The notes under the pieces were generated by a model. The model was not told the DNA's origin, did not search any database, and saw only the letters and a program-made list of their open reading frames with translations. Both the position numbers and the translations under genes were made by a program. A DNA stretch of 64,000 nt, taken from the NCBI RefSeq assembly GCF_009914755.1, contig NC_060930.1. One strand, written 5' to 3'. The stretch is from the human T2T-CHM13v2.0 reference genome, Homo sapiens. Numbering within the stretch: position 1 is the first letter of the stretch; every line of letters begins with the position of its first letter. Shown here piece by piece: positions 30,243 to 44,191 of the stretch.

Positions 30243-30585
30243 ATATATTGGTATCTTTCAATTATTTAAAATTGTCTTTAATATCCACCTGTAGCAAAAG
30301 TTCTCCACATCATCACCAATGTAATTCTTCTAACACAAAACAACAGATGTCAACATGGCTCAGTTTAAACCTGTGCCAGGGCTTTTCATTGCCATGGAAC
30401 GGATTCCCATCCTGACACTGCACATAGATTCATCCGTGACCAGGTCCTTCCTACCTCTCCCATCCCTTTTCTGATGTTTAGCTTGGCCTAGACAGAGGTC
30501 CTTGTAGCTGAGGCATTCTCTGGCTCTAGCTAATGAGATATGTATTTTTTTCCTTTTTTGCAAAGAACAAAAAAAGTATATGTAT

Positions 30586-30587
<2 letters not shown>

Positions 30588-30625
<38 letters not shown>
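30588..30625. repeat. (TG)n microsatellite
   Basis: Direct reading. Confidence 0.97.
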
Positions 30626-30627
<2 letters not shown>

Positions 30628-31320
30628 TCTTCAGTTACCCTTGCCTTCTGTTGGCTTTAAGGACTAGCTTAATGCTCACTAATATTTCCCAGGCACTTCA
30701 AGTAGTTTGTTCTTTTTCATCCTTCAAGTATCAACTTAAATAGACCACCTCAGACTAACTGGACTAAATTAGATGGTCCTCATTTATTCTCCATCAGAGC
30801 ACCCCATTTATTGCCTTTGCTGCATTTTGTAGTTTTTTTCTTTCTCTGTGTATGTGATGGTTGCTTGTTTCAGGTATGGGTGTGTACATTTCATATGGCA
30901 GGAGTCTTGTCTACCTTCTCCAATGATGTAAATTAGCATGCAGCATACTACATGGGACATGGTAAGTTTTTAACAAATATTGGCTAAATGTATGAATCCT
31001 TGGCTGTGTCCCCTTTCCTTTCGCTTCCCAAACCCTAATCTTGAGTCATTCTGAATCATTTGGCAAAACCCCCCAAACACCTAGTTTTGGTTCAAGCCTT
31101 GGTGCTGGCTCGGCCTTCTGCCTAATGAATGCCTAAATAGGTGTTGTGTTGTCTTTCAAGGCTCACTTCCAGCACCACCCCTGTTGTGAGGTAAGAATTA
31201 CTGATTCTCCCCAAGGTAGGACCTGACAGTCTCCTCTAGGATCCTCATGATCACCACCATATATTTCAATCAGCTGACCTACCTATTCACACCTTATTTC
31301 AATTTCAGTTTTTGTTTAAA

Positions 31321-31902
31321 TGTTATGCTGGTTATTTAGATTTTTTTCTCTACCCTTCTCAACTCTTCTCTGTGATGATGCGGCTGGGACTGAGGCAACT
31401 ACATTTCCCAGATGCCTTCACCACTGCCTCCATGTTAGATTCTGTCAATAAGGGGACTAGGAGACAGGAAGGCAGGGGAGAGAGATGCCACTTGATCCTT
31501 TCCACTTGCTTGCAGTTCCTTCCCAGAGCAGCAGCTGATTCCATCTTCTCTTGGTGATCGCAGCCTCGTCATGAGCTTCATAGATATGAATGGCAGTTTT
31601 ACAGGGCCCTTCTTTGAGCTTCTGGGGTCTGGTAACCCTAATCTCCTCCCTTGCGTTCCCTCACTTTTCAGGTGATAGGTGTTTTCTATAGTTATTAATA
31701 CGTTCTCTCTGGGCTACCTCAGTCTCTCCTCTGTGATTTTCCAGGCTTCTAACACCTGTGCAATCAGTTCCTGATATTAAATTCTCTTTAAGATACCCAG
31801 AGTAACCTCCCCAGAACCTCTACCAAAAAAAAAAAAAAGAAAGAAAAAGAAAAAAAGATATCCAGTATAATATTTGATTTCCTACTGGACCTCATAGATA
31901 TA
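31321..31902 (+). mobile_element. ERVL solo LTR (LTR33 family) inserted in L2 sequence
   Basis: caactacatttcccaga...gttagattctgtcaataagggg...attaaattctct...gatttcctactggacctcatagatata; L2 fragments on both sides. Confidence 0.7.
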
Positions 31903-33964
31903 TCTACTTCCTCCTCATAAGGATGGGAGTGCTCCTTGAAGATAAAGTACATTTCTGATTTATTTTTGTGTCAAGTCCTGGGGACAGGATATAGACTAAA
32001 GTAAATACTCTAAGTAAGTGTTGAATAAATGAGAGTAAGTGTTGAATAAATGAGTTAACGATTGATCCAGATAGTAGAGTATGAGGAACTCAGCCAAAGC
32101 AATGACAATGAAGATGGGAGGGAATTTGTGACTATAAAGTTAATGAGAAGCCAATTGTCATTTCAAATCCAAAAAATAAGTAGGAGATTGGGAATGGTCT
32201 GGTTTTCATTTAAAAAAAAATGTTACTTTCTCATTACTATTTGCAAATAACATGGCAGTGAAAATCTGTGTCACAAAATGTTCGTTCTCCAAGCTTCGAC
32301 AATGATGTAATGCAGCCAAATTTCATTAAAAAACTCTGACTGTGTCCTGGAGTTTGTGGGGATAAAATTTGAACTACGACAGTGGAAAGAAAAGAAAACA
32401 ATCTCTAGAGAAAGGAACCAATAGAAAATTGGTAAATTTTGCTTTGACTTTTACCCCGATAGAGAAAGAGACATGCAAAAAATACAAATTATTAAAGGGT
32501 TCAAAATCATTTTCACAATTCATTGAACTACGAATCCACAGTTGATTATCAGAAGTTATTTGGGAAGGCTTAGCATCCATCCCTCATCTTTTAGTTACAC
32601 TAGCCAAAGGGCTCCCTGTGAAATTCCGTCAGCCAAACTCACAGCTTATTGCTCTGTTTCTCGGGCCACAGAGTAAATCTATTTTCTATTTGCGGATTAG
32701 CTGGTAGTGACTCTACACATTCTACACTCTTGTCCCTGTCACCCCTATTCCTGTCCCTGTCCATTCTCTGTATTGAATATGGAAAGTAAAAAGCAAATAT
32801 GTCTCCTCCAGATAAATTGTCATGAGGTCTGAGAAAACAATAGAAAATAAAAGATAATACAACAACATATTTTTACAAGTTTGTAAAGCATCTAGTGTAT
32901 TTCCTGTTACACAGCAGATGATTAATAAATGGCAGTTGATGTGGTTAGTCCTGCCACTGTGTTTGCTGCTGCTACAGCCTAGGTCATTTGCAAGTAACAC
33001 TATTGTAATGGGAGACTATGAAAGAAATAGAGCATATGGCTCCAGTCCTTGATAAGCTCAAAGGATAATACAGCCACCACATCAAACAGGGAGATGAACT
33101 GCAATAAAGAGCAAGACAATGCAATTATAACTCTTGGTTACTTCAAACATAGCACGTTACACAGAGCACAAGGTAAATGCATAGCAAATTCAAACTACAA
33201 ATGTCAACCAGAGCTGAGGAAGGTATTGAAGAAACTCTCTCTCCTTTAAACAAAACTCAAAGCCTAAAAGAGAATGGTCATCTCCTACCATGGCTGACTT
33301 TGATCTCAGCTTTACTTGTTCTGTCATCCTGTTCTACAACTGTCCTGAGTGGAGAGTATGATAGTGGGAGTGAGAGATCTTTTCACGCCAGGATGCGTGT
33401 GTGTGCACATATGCGTATGTGTCCAGTGAAACCACTCTCAAGTACATCAGTGCTTCAGCAGCTTATTTTCTTGTTCAAAATCTCTCTTCATGTGAGGGGT
33501 GCCATTTTAAAACTCTCTACAAAGGAACTACCAGTTACACACATTCAGGCCTTCTGCTAAATGCTAAGAGTGATTCTCAAGAACTCAAAAACCCAGAGAA
33601 ACTTTTTGTTTTAAGAGATGTAATTCCTTCCCCCATGATTGACAATTGACAATAGGCAGATAAAACTTCACCCCCTTAGACCAAACAACCTAAAAATGCA
33701 TTAGCCATTTAACTGAGCTGTACAAGAATTACATTCAAATAGAAACAATAGAATCCTTCTACCTTAGACATATAACAAAAATAAAACAATTTTAGGTATA
33801 GCCAAAATCTTTGGTCACTCTCTCATCTGCCAAAGTGCCATCTTTAGATGTTTGCCAACTGATCATATAAATTAAGATTCATGTGGCACTGTGGAAGACA
33901 GTTTGATAGAAAAGATGAAACATGCTAGGTTTTTTCTGACAATGTCCTTTATTCTTTCCTGAGC

Positions 33965-34845
33965 ATAGCCATTCAATCATTAAAAAATATTGAGTTACTT
34001 TGCACTAGGCACTATTCTAGGGTCTTGGAATGCATCAGTGAACCAAACAGACAAAAAATCTCAGCTTTCAGACCTTCTATACCAGTGTGGAGAGACTGAT
34101 AATAAATAATAAACATAATAAATAAGTAAATTAGACAGTAGGTTAGAAGGAAATGAATGCTACCATATACAATAGAGTAAGCAGAGTTAGGGAATGAGGA
34201 GGGAGGGTTTCAAATAGACCTCGTTAAGAGGTTAACATTTAATAGATATCTGAATGAGGTGAAAGAGTTAACTATGAGGATATCTGGGAGTAAAGTGCTC
34301 CAGGCAGAGCAAATAGTCAGTGTAAAGCCCTAAAGAGGTTAGCATCAGGGTGCATTGGAGGAACAAAACTGAGGCCAGTGATCAGAGCAGAGTGAACAAA
34401 GGGAAGAGTAGAAGAGGATGGCAGAGGAGAAATGGGGGACGAGATTATTCTGGGTTTTATGGGCCATTGTAAGGATATCAGATTTTACAAAGAAGAGAGA
34501 ATCAGGGGGTTGGGGAGGAGGCGTGTGGAAGAGAAGAGGACATGATTTGACATTAAAGGGGTAAAGCATATTACTGAGGGGCAAGGGCAAAAGCAGGGAA
34601 TCCATATAAAAGATCATTGCAGTGACTGGGGAAAGGATAGTGGCTCAAACCACGTGGTTGGAATGAAGGTGATAAGATGCCGTATTCTGGGTATATTTTG
34701 AAGAAGGAAGGAACAAGACATACAATAAGATTAGGCATGTGAAAGAAGATTCAAGGATGATACGAAGGCTCTTAGCCTAAGCAACTGAAAAGGTGAACTT
34801 ACCATCAAGTGAAATGAGGTTACCTACACATGCTTGGGAGGAAGC
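33965..34845 (-). mobile_element. L2a 3' fragment
   Basis: cattcaatcattaaaaaatattgag...ctaggcactattctagg...cagtgaaccaaacagacaaaaa and continuous L2 body. Confidence 0.85.
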
Positions 34846-35209
34846 TCACAGCATTTGTAGAACTCCAAGGAGAAAAAAAATGAAAAGAGGAGGGATCCTC
34901 ATGAGAAAAGAAAGAAAACTGTCCCTGTCTATTCTTCTCACTCAAATCAGCTGTATAGCCAGAATTCATTCCGTGTTTTTGTGCTTGCTTTGATGCAAAC
35001 TCTTCTCGCTCTCCCTCTCTCTCCCTATCTCTGTCTCTTTCAGCCTTGAAAAGAGAGCATTTTAATGGAAAGATATACATAGAGCAACATGCTATATCTA
35101 CAGTTTTAAAAACTGTTATTAAAGAATTACATTGCTGAGTGAGATCAGGACAAAGTTCAGTCTTTATAATATTTTTATTTTAGACTCACATAAAGGAATG
35201 AATACGCTA

Positions 35210-36870
35210 TTTCTCTTCCAGGTGATTTGTCTCTCTTAATGGCACTTTGTCTGATTTTAATATAATTACTCCAAGTTTTGTTTAATTAGCATTGTATATC
35301 TTTTCCCATCCTTTCACTTGTAATGTGTGTGTGTATATATATATATATAAAATATATATATAAAATATATATATATTTTTAATTTCCATAGGTTATTGGG
35401 GAACAGGTGGTGTTGGTTACATGAGTAAGTTCTTTAGTGGTGATTTGTGAGATTTTTGTACACTCATCACCTGAGCAGTATACACTGCATCCTGTTTGTA
35501 GTCTATTATCCCTCATCCACTTTCCTTCCTTTCCCCGTGGGTCCTCAAAGTCCATTGCATCATTTTTATGCCTTTGCATTCTCATATCTTAGCTCCCACT
35601 TATGAGTGAGAACATGAGGTTTGGTTTTCCATTCCTGAGTTACTTCAGTTAGAATAACAGTCTTCAATCTCATCCAGGTTGCTCCAAATGCCATTAATTC
35701 ATTCCTTTTTATGACTGAGTAGTATTTCATCACATGTATAGAGAGAGGGAGACACCATAGCTTCTTTATCCACTCGTTGATTGATGGGCATTTGGGTTGG
35801 TTCCATGTTTTTGCAATTGCAAATGGTGCTGCTATAAACATGAATATGCAAGTATCTTTTTTGCATAATGACTTCTTTTCCTCTGAGTAGATACCCAGTA
35901 GTAGGATTGCTGGATCAAATGGTAGTTATATTTCTAGCTCTTTAAGGAATCTCCACACTGTTTTCCACAGTGGTTGCACTAGTTTCCATTCCCACCAGCA
36001 GTGTAGAAGTGTTTCCTGTTCACTGCATCCACATCAACATCTACTATTTTTTTTTATTATGGCCATTATTGCAGGAGTAAGGTGGTATCACACTGTGGTT
36101 TTGATTTGCATTTCCCTGATCATTAGTTTCACTTGTAATGTATTTTTGACTTTATACTTTGTGTTTCTTCTATACAAGTAGGGTCTTGCTTTATCTAATC
36201 TGACAATATCTGCCTTTTAAATTGAATATTGAGATCATTTATATTTAGTGTAATAAGAAATATTTGGTTTAAGTCTACCATTTGCTATTTGCTTGCTGTT
36301 TGTCCCATCTGTTTTTTGTTCCCATTTTCCTCATTGTCCAATTGCCTTTGGATTAATTGGGTAGTTTTCATGATTTCCTCTATCTCTTTTGTTGATTTGC
36401 TAGATAAGGCCTTTTGCTCTGTTGTTTAGTGATTGCATTACGGTTTGTACTGTAACTTATCACAGTATACCTTTGAATAACATTTATACCACTTCATGGA
36501 GAATATAAAAACCTTATAACAACATGCTTTTATTTCTCTTTTCCCTGCCCTTTTTTCTATTATTCTTAGATGTTTTACTTCTGCTTATGTCATAAACCAC
36601 AAAACACATTATTATTTTGCCTTAAATGGTTAATTATCTCTTAAAGAGATTGAAATATATTTGTCTACATAGTTACTGATCCTGTAGCATTTATTTTTTT
36701 CTATAAATCCAGATTTTCATCTATTATCACCTTCCTTCTGCCTGAAAGACTTCCATGAATATTTCTTACAGTATAATTCTACTAGGAATAAATGCTTCCA
36801 GGCCTCACATATCTGATTTCCTGATCTTGCCATTGTTTTTTAAAAATATTTTCTCTGAGTATAGAATTCA
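35210..36870 (-). mobile_element. Old L1M fragment (host of the L1PB insertion)
   Basis: ctttgtctgattttaatataattactcc...ttttcccatcctttcactt | gggtcttgctttatctaatctgacaatatctgccttttaa... Confidence 0.75.
35327..36126 (-). mobile_element. L1PB-type 3' fragment with (TA)n-converted tail
   Basis: Minus-strand MFIAAPFAIAKTWNQPKCPSINEWIKKLW; perfect 15-bp TSD tttcacttgtaatgt at 35312-35326 and 36127-36141. Confidence 0.93.
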
Positions 36871-37063
36871 GATAGACTCCCAAAATCCACTTGGATCCTC
36901 CTGCCCTGTGCAGTGGCCTTGAAACTCTCTCTGGGCAGTCAGCTGAGGCTGAGTCATAGAACCCACCTCTTTAGTTTCCCATCTCTCAGCAATCATTGTC
37001 CTTCATTGCCTGATGTCAATGTCTTGAAAATTCTTCTTTCATTTTTCCCCCAGTTTTATAGGT

Positions 37064-37391
<328 letters not shown>

Positions 37392-37873
37392 CATTTTAGT
37401 TATTTAAAGTAGAAAGGTAAACCTGGTCTTTCTAAATCAGGTTTTTTAAGACATAGAAAAAATAAGCAAATTTCATTCAAAATAACCCACAGTTATTTTC
37501 AGTTGGTGGCTAGTTAAGGAATGGCTTAAGGAAGAGAAATATAAATTAGGAATCATGTTAATTCTTCAACTAAGGAAAACCACTGCTCATCTCCAGTTTC
37601 GCTAATTAACTATAGTGGTTTCTACCATTTCTGTTCAAAATCAAGTTGAACATACAGTCAAAAAGGAGGAGAAATTGGAGGAGGAGGAGTGGGAATATAT
37701 TTTTAAAATATAAAATAAAAAGTCCAAAACTAAGTTCCTGTCATATAATTCTTATTATATATTTCCCAGCAAAACCATAAAATTCTGTATTTGTACTGCT
37801 CTGGGTAAAATTGCCTGCTTCAAATCTAGGCCCTCATTGAATCATCCAATTCTAAATTTTAAAAGACATGACA

Positions 37874-37994
37874 GCCAGGTGAGGTGTCATGCACCTGTAA
37901 TCCCAGCTACTAAGGAGGCTGAGGCAAGGATTGCTGGAACCCAGCCTGGGCAACATAGCAAGACTGTCTCTAAAAAGTTTTTTTAAATAAATAG
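37874..37994 (+). mobile_element. Alu monomer (FLAM-like) with internal deletion
   Basis: cctgtaatcccagctac...gaggctgaggca...ccagcctgggcaacatagcaagac; TSD aagacatgaca at 37863-37873 and 37995-38005. Confidence 0.85.
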
Positions 37995-39954
37995 AAGACA
38001 TGACATATAATCTTTCCATATCATTTAGGATGATGTAATTTAAAGAAAATTTTGATGCAAAAGTGACAGCAAACTTTACACACTAGCCAATAACAAGAAT
38101 TATAGAACCCAGCTAAATATACTGGCACATTTTTGATGCAGTGATTTCAAATTTGCTTGACTATTAATATTATTTTCTCATAAATAAACATTTTTCTTTA
38201 GGAAGTTACAGTGTTTCCCAAATCTTTTTAATTTATTCTCAGTAAAACAAAAAGTGATCTATACCCAGACTAAAACTAGGAATGAAAGGTAGTATGCATC
38301 CCTTGACTTCGTGAAAAATATCATCAAATAATCATATTTCTTAAGGAATAATAAAACAATACTATATACACTTATGGAGAAGAAGAATCCTAGCTATTAA
38401 ATGTCTTTTAAATCCTTTTTCCCAAGAAATGTGAGCTTTAATAACAGAGCTTTCAGATGTGGTAGAAAACATATGATTCCAATTTAGAAATGCAAAACTA
38501 AATTTATGAAATAACCTCGGGAGTAAATAATCTTTCTTCAGCAGAGATTCATCCTACAACTCTGTTGTACAGAAAGGACATCAACTTCACCTCACAAAGT
38601 CCATCAATCAGCTTTGAAATGCAAATTTTGAGAGATAGCAGAGAGATCACATCACCTGTGGAAGATATCTGATCAATGCTATGAAATTTTTAATAAAAGC
38701 AGAAGTTTTTAATATATAAACATTCTTAAAGAACGTCTCTTTAATTAATATGTATATATATACACACATATATTAAATTCAAGGACAGCAGAATTGCTAG
38801 GGATAATGGAGAACACAATCCAATAGTCTTAATAACCATTGTATTTCAAAATTCTTGTTAGTAAATTTCAGACTCTTTCCTTAAGATATTTTCTACATAG
38901 CAAACGTGGAAGGGTCATAAAGGATGTTCATTGATGTAAAATTAAGCTTAAAGATACTTTGGCCTCAATTATCTAGATATTTTGAGCAAATGCCAGATGG
39001 TTTCCTCATTTTTCACTTCCTTTGCAAGAAACAAACAGCCTATGTCTTCTCTCAGGAAAAACTTTGCTCCCATTATATCACTGACAAATTTCAAAAGTAT
39101 AAAATGACTTAGAGATGAATCATCTCTAAGAGACCGGAGATTTGAATAGTTTCCCTTAAAGATGGACATCTTAGTGGTTTCCAAAAAAATATATGTATAT
39201 TCTGGCACTTTGAAACCCAGGCTAGCAGTTTGTGACCCTTCTCAAGCAGAACTTTTGTGTCTGTACTAGTCTAGCCCTGCGACACTTCTGTAAGTTCCTC
39301 AGCATTGTGTATGCCCCGCATTGTCATCTAGCATAGCCCTAAGATTTTGCTCCTACCTTCCAACTTCTTTGAAATGCTCAGGCTCCCATGGGCAGGCTGG
39401 CCCTGACTCACTTTGGCTGCACTTCCTCAGCCCATTCTCATAGCAGGGTTTCTATGATAATAGCAGAAAATAAGGAAGAAAAAAGAGCATCCAAGGCACA
39501 CGCTCTGGTTGGGTTTACCTGTCACTAAGATCATTCTCTGAAATATGAAAAATTTAATCAGTGTATATTTATTTAGCTAACATATCACATAAAACATTTA
39601 ATTTGACTATATTTTAATTATGACATTTGCTAATTTGACTAAACTAAAAAAATCAAATGGCTAGGATCAAATGACAAATGATCCTAATAGCCACTTACTT
39701 TCAGGAATAAAAAAACTAAAAAAAAAAAAAAAAAAAATTTATGAAAATGACAACTCCAGGCTGATATCCTCCAAGTTTTAAGGGATTCATAAGAGATAAT
39801 TCCCTACATTTTATCATAGATTTTTTAATAATTTGTATTGTTTAATGTTATATTACGATATCGATTATCTTGATTACTGAATTTCTTGGTTCCCCTGTTA
39901 AATTTTGTACCCAAGGCAAGTGCCTCACTCTCTTTTTCTTGAATCTGAATTTGG

Positions 39955-41322
39955 TTTCCAGGGCACCATTTCTCCTTTCTTCTCCAATCTCACTGTTTAC
40001 TCCTTCTCAGTCTCCTTTGCTAGTTCCTCACCTCCTCCAGCCTCTAAATATTCAGATCTCAGCTCTAGGGCATCTTCTCCATCTATACTCATCCTCTAGA
40101 TGATCTCATCCAGGCCATGGTTTTAAATATCACACATGCCCTGACGACTCTCTAGTTTTTATCTCCAGCTCAAACCACTCCCCTGAACTGCCTGCTTGGC
40201 ATAGCCATTTTAAAATTTAACATGATCAAAATGCACTCCTGATTTTAGCCCTTAAACTATCTTCCCCTACAGTTTCCACATCTCAATAAGGAGCAATTCC
40301 ATCCTTGCAGTTGCTCAGGCTAAAAACTTTGGAGTTATACCTATACACCTGCTAACTCTTATTTTACATATGATCCATCAGCAATTCCCATTGACTCTCA
40401 CTTCAAAATACATGCAGAATTCGACCACTTGTCACCACCATTCTAGCCCAAGTCACCATCACTTCTTGCTCAGACTATTATAGTAATCTGCAACTGATTT
40501 ATTCGCTTCTTTCTTTTGTTTCTCTATAGTTTATTTTTAACAAAGCAGCCAGAGTGATCATTTTTAAATGAAAATCTGATTATGGGTTTTTTGCTCAAAA
40601 CCCTCCAATATAACCCCATTCCACACAGAATAAAATCCAAAATCTTTACAATAGCCTACAACACTCGTTCTCAAACTTTCTAGAGGCTTATTAAAACAGA
40701 TTTCTAGACTCCACCCAGATGCTCTGATTAAAGAAAGCCTGGATGGGGCCCAACATTTGCATTTCTAACAAGTTTCCAGGTTGTGTTGATGCTGTGGGTC
40801 TGGGGACCACACTCTGAGAACCACTGGCCTACAATGCCCTGTATGATCTGGCTCCTGTTACTTCTTTGAGCTCATCCTCTGTTACTTCTCTTCTTCCTCT
40901 CTGCTCCAATCACACTGTCCTTCTTAGCCTACAAGCAACCTTCCACTTCAGGATCTTCATATTTTTCCCTTTATCTGGAGCATTCTACCCTTAGATATTC
41001 TCATGACCACTCCCTTCTTCAGGTCTCCAATTAAATACTCTTTTAATAAGACCTTCCCTGAGCACATCATATAAAATACCAAACTCACTACACCTCTACT
41101 TTACATTGCTTTATTTTTCTTCATAGAACTTATAACCATCTGTTCTTTATACATTTATTTGGTTGTTTGTTTATTGTCCGTTCCCACTGACTTTAAATTC
41201 CATGCGGACAAAGACTTTCCATACTTAATTCAGGGTTAACTATAGAGCTTAAAATGATGCCTGGCACATAGGTGCTCAATAAGTATTTGTGAAGGAAAGA
41301 ATGGATGGATGGATGAATGGAT
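39955..41322 (+). mobile_element. L2a 3' fragment (about 1.3 kb)
   Basis: gatctcatccaggccatggttttaaatatcac...gttgctcaggctaaaaactttggagtt...tgcctggcacataggtgctcaataagtatttg + (TGGA)n tail. Confidence 0.9.
40662..40826 (-). mobile_element. MER5A nested in L2
   Basis: atttgcatttctaacaagtttccagg...gaccacactctgagaaccactg; perfect 8-bp TSD gcctacaa at 40654-40661 and 40827-40834. Confidence 0.9.
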
Positions 41323-41759
41323 GGCTGATGGGGAAAATTGGGCATGCACTCCAGACCACTCCCCTTTCTGTTTCCAGGCTCTTTGGGGAAAGGGAATAAT
41401 CCAATTTATCATGCTAACCTAAGCAAGTTACTTATACACTGCACCCACAGCTTGTAAGCTTTAATTGTAAAAATCATCTTAATTTGTTTTTAAAAAGAAA
41501 AAACAAAATTGACAATAACTCAATGACCAGTACAAGGAGGCTTCCAGAGGCCCTTGCTGTTTTACCCACAGTCCTGACCTGATGTGCATAGAGGCCCACT
41601 TAGGGTGGCTAAAAATAAAGTCCATCTCCTCTGTTGCCACCTGCTTCCTATAGCTGTAAGTCCCATCTGTTCCCATAGAGAATCATCTCTGAGCTTGATT
41701 TTCGTGAACTATTTTTTTCTCTCTCACTCTCTCTCCATCACTTTCTTTATTCTTCACAG

Positions 41760-42330
41760 GGAGTCATTCGTTTTTGTCCAACAAGCAACCACCCTTCCTC
41801 CTTACCAGAAGTGGTCCCAATTTAACTCAACTGTCCATCTTCCCTATATGATTCAAGGTAAATCCTGATTAAGAATACAATTAGGATGATCCTGTTTTCT
41901 TTGCTACCAACTGGTTTAGGCATGAACATATCACTCAGTTCCAATCTATAGACATAGTCTGCTGGAGACTTCAGAAAAAGTTAATATCCAAATAAAGAGA
42001 CATATGGGATGAATGACCCTTCTCCTACTATTGGACATTATAGTATCTGCATGTTATTCCTGGGACCCTAGCAGCCATTTTTGTAACCCTGAGGAAAACC
42101 AGCCAAGGACAAAACAAGAGATAGCGGAGAAAAACACAATGGGATGAACCTGAGTTCTGAATGAGTCCATGAGCCAACAAATTAACAATGCTGGAGCTAC
42201 CTTATCTCAGAATTTCTTGGTATATAGGATAACAGGACATTTTTATTGTTAATACAGTGGGTTTGGCGTGGGGAATCATTATTTGAATCTTTTCTGCTAC
42301 AGACAGCCATACACAATAGTAACATAACAA
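41760..42330 (+). mobile_element. MaLR LTR (old MLT1 family)
   Basis: ctggtttaggcatgaacat...gcagccatttttgtaaccctgagg...ttttctgctacagacagcc...ataaca. Confidence 0.7.
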
Positions 42331-43914
42331 TACAACATCCCAATACAAACACATAATTTGCATATAAGACAAGTTCTATATCACATATATAACCTTATAT
42401 TTTGGAATAGCCCTTTCCAACCTCCATAAACTGCTTCCTCAGAATCAAATGCCCAGAGTGGGGTATTTCATGCTGAGTTACCCATGTTAAATTTTATGCA
42501 GGGCCCAGTCTCTTTGAGATACCAAAAAAAGAAAGACACCTGCTTCTTTGGTGTGGCCCAGAAAGAAGCTGGTTTACATATATAAATCCATGGATAGAAA
42601 TAACTAAAGTTCGTATTATACGTAATGACCAAAAGCCGTAACTATTTCTTATTACTCTTATAAAATGAGATCTACAAGAGAAAATTTGTCTTGAACTTTA
42701 TAGGACCTTTTCATACAATGAGCTCAATAGAACCTCAATAGAAAATCATGGATAAAAATGAAACAGCTACAAGACATTAAAAGAACCCCTACAGATACAC
42801 ATAATGTGAATCATTGTGGTATTTTTAAGTTCCAGACATTCTGAAATCTCTGAATCAAAGGCATTCTAATATATTATAACTATTAAATATCTCAATGACG
42901 CTTGTAAATGTTTATTCTCCCATGAAGTATTTGCATCACTGAGGTTTTTTTTTCTTTTTAAAATTCACTTTTAGAAGTTGAATCCCACCTAAAATTTCTT
43001 GTTTTAACTAGATTGCTACTGAAATCTAGTTAAAATAATAAAATTCTGCTTTATTTCAAACTTCTTTTTGTCAGCTGCAGCTCCAGCCTTGTTTTGGCAA
43101 GGGCTAGGGTTTCTTCTAGAGTTTGGCTAATAATCCTTACTCAGGAAACCTCCAGATGGACATCGCAGAGATGCTGCTTCAGTTTTTTCTTTTCAATTTG
43201 GACATGCCATGCACAGCCTCACTGATGTATAAAACATCAGTACAAAATGTAGAAAAGTTCTTCTGCTTTTTGCCTGCGTATACCCTTTTTATGATGAGCT
43301 GAGATGTTTTTCCACAGTCAAAAGTTTTCCTAAAGAAAAACTATAAAAAATAAAAACTAAAATAGAATAATTTAAAGAGAAACTTTGCATTCAGATATTT
43401 ACAGTTTCCTGCTTAAAAAGTAAGAGGATGCTGTGAAGTCTCTGAAAAAGCAAAAAAAGCCTAAAACTAGAATGGCGGTTTTGAAAAGGCCTGAGAGACG
43501 TCCAAATTACATAGTGGTATATACTTCAAGGCTTAATCATTGTGGGTCAGATTATCAAAGAGGCCTCTACCCTAAATTCCCAAATTATATTTACTATTAT
43601 CATATTTTCATGAGAATAATAAACATTGCCCAGTTGTGTTAGATGGACATTCTAATAGACACAGGAATAATGATATAAAAATATAGCCTATGCAGAATTT
43701 CCTTATATGAGAAATATCTAGCTCAGTAAATATTTTGAGAACATGGAATCATAAAAGTATTTTTTTTATTTATTGCTGTTATAGTTCTTCACATGCAAAT
43801 ATTTAGAAAGTCATGTGAGTAGTTTTCTATATTTAAAGATACAAGAACACCGAATTTCCTTATAAAATAATTAAATAGTCTTGGTTTTTATTTTTTCTTT
43901 TTTGTTCTTTTGGG

Positions 43915-44070
43915 AGGCATAGTGCAGTGGCTTAGATAAGTCAAGTCTGACTAATCTAGGTTTATATCATGGCTCCATCACCTACTCAATCTGTGCTGTT
44001 GGGAAAATCTGTTGAAATTTGAGATCCTCAGGTTCTTCATCTGTAAAATGGGAAGAAGGACCGTAGCTCC
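43915..44070 (+). mobile_element. MIR
   Basis: gaggcatagtgcagtggcttaga...ctcaggttcttcatctgtaaaatggg. Confidence 0.8.
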
Positions 44071-44191
44071 CCATACTCTCCTCTATCCGTAAGGCTTTTC
44101 ACACTGGATTATAATCATCTGGCTACTTGTCTGTTCCTCCTATGAGTTTATGAGTTTCCTGGAGAAAGAAAGAGTCTTGATCTCTTTAAAG

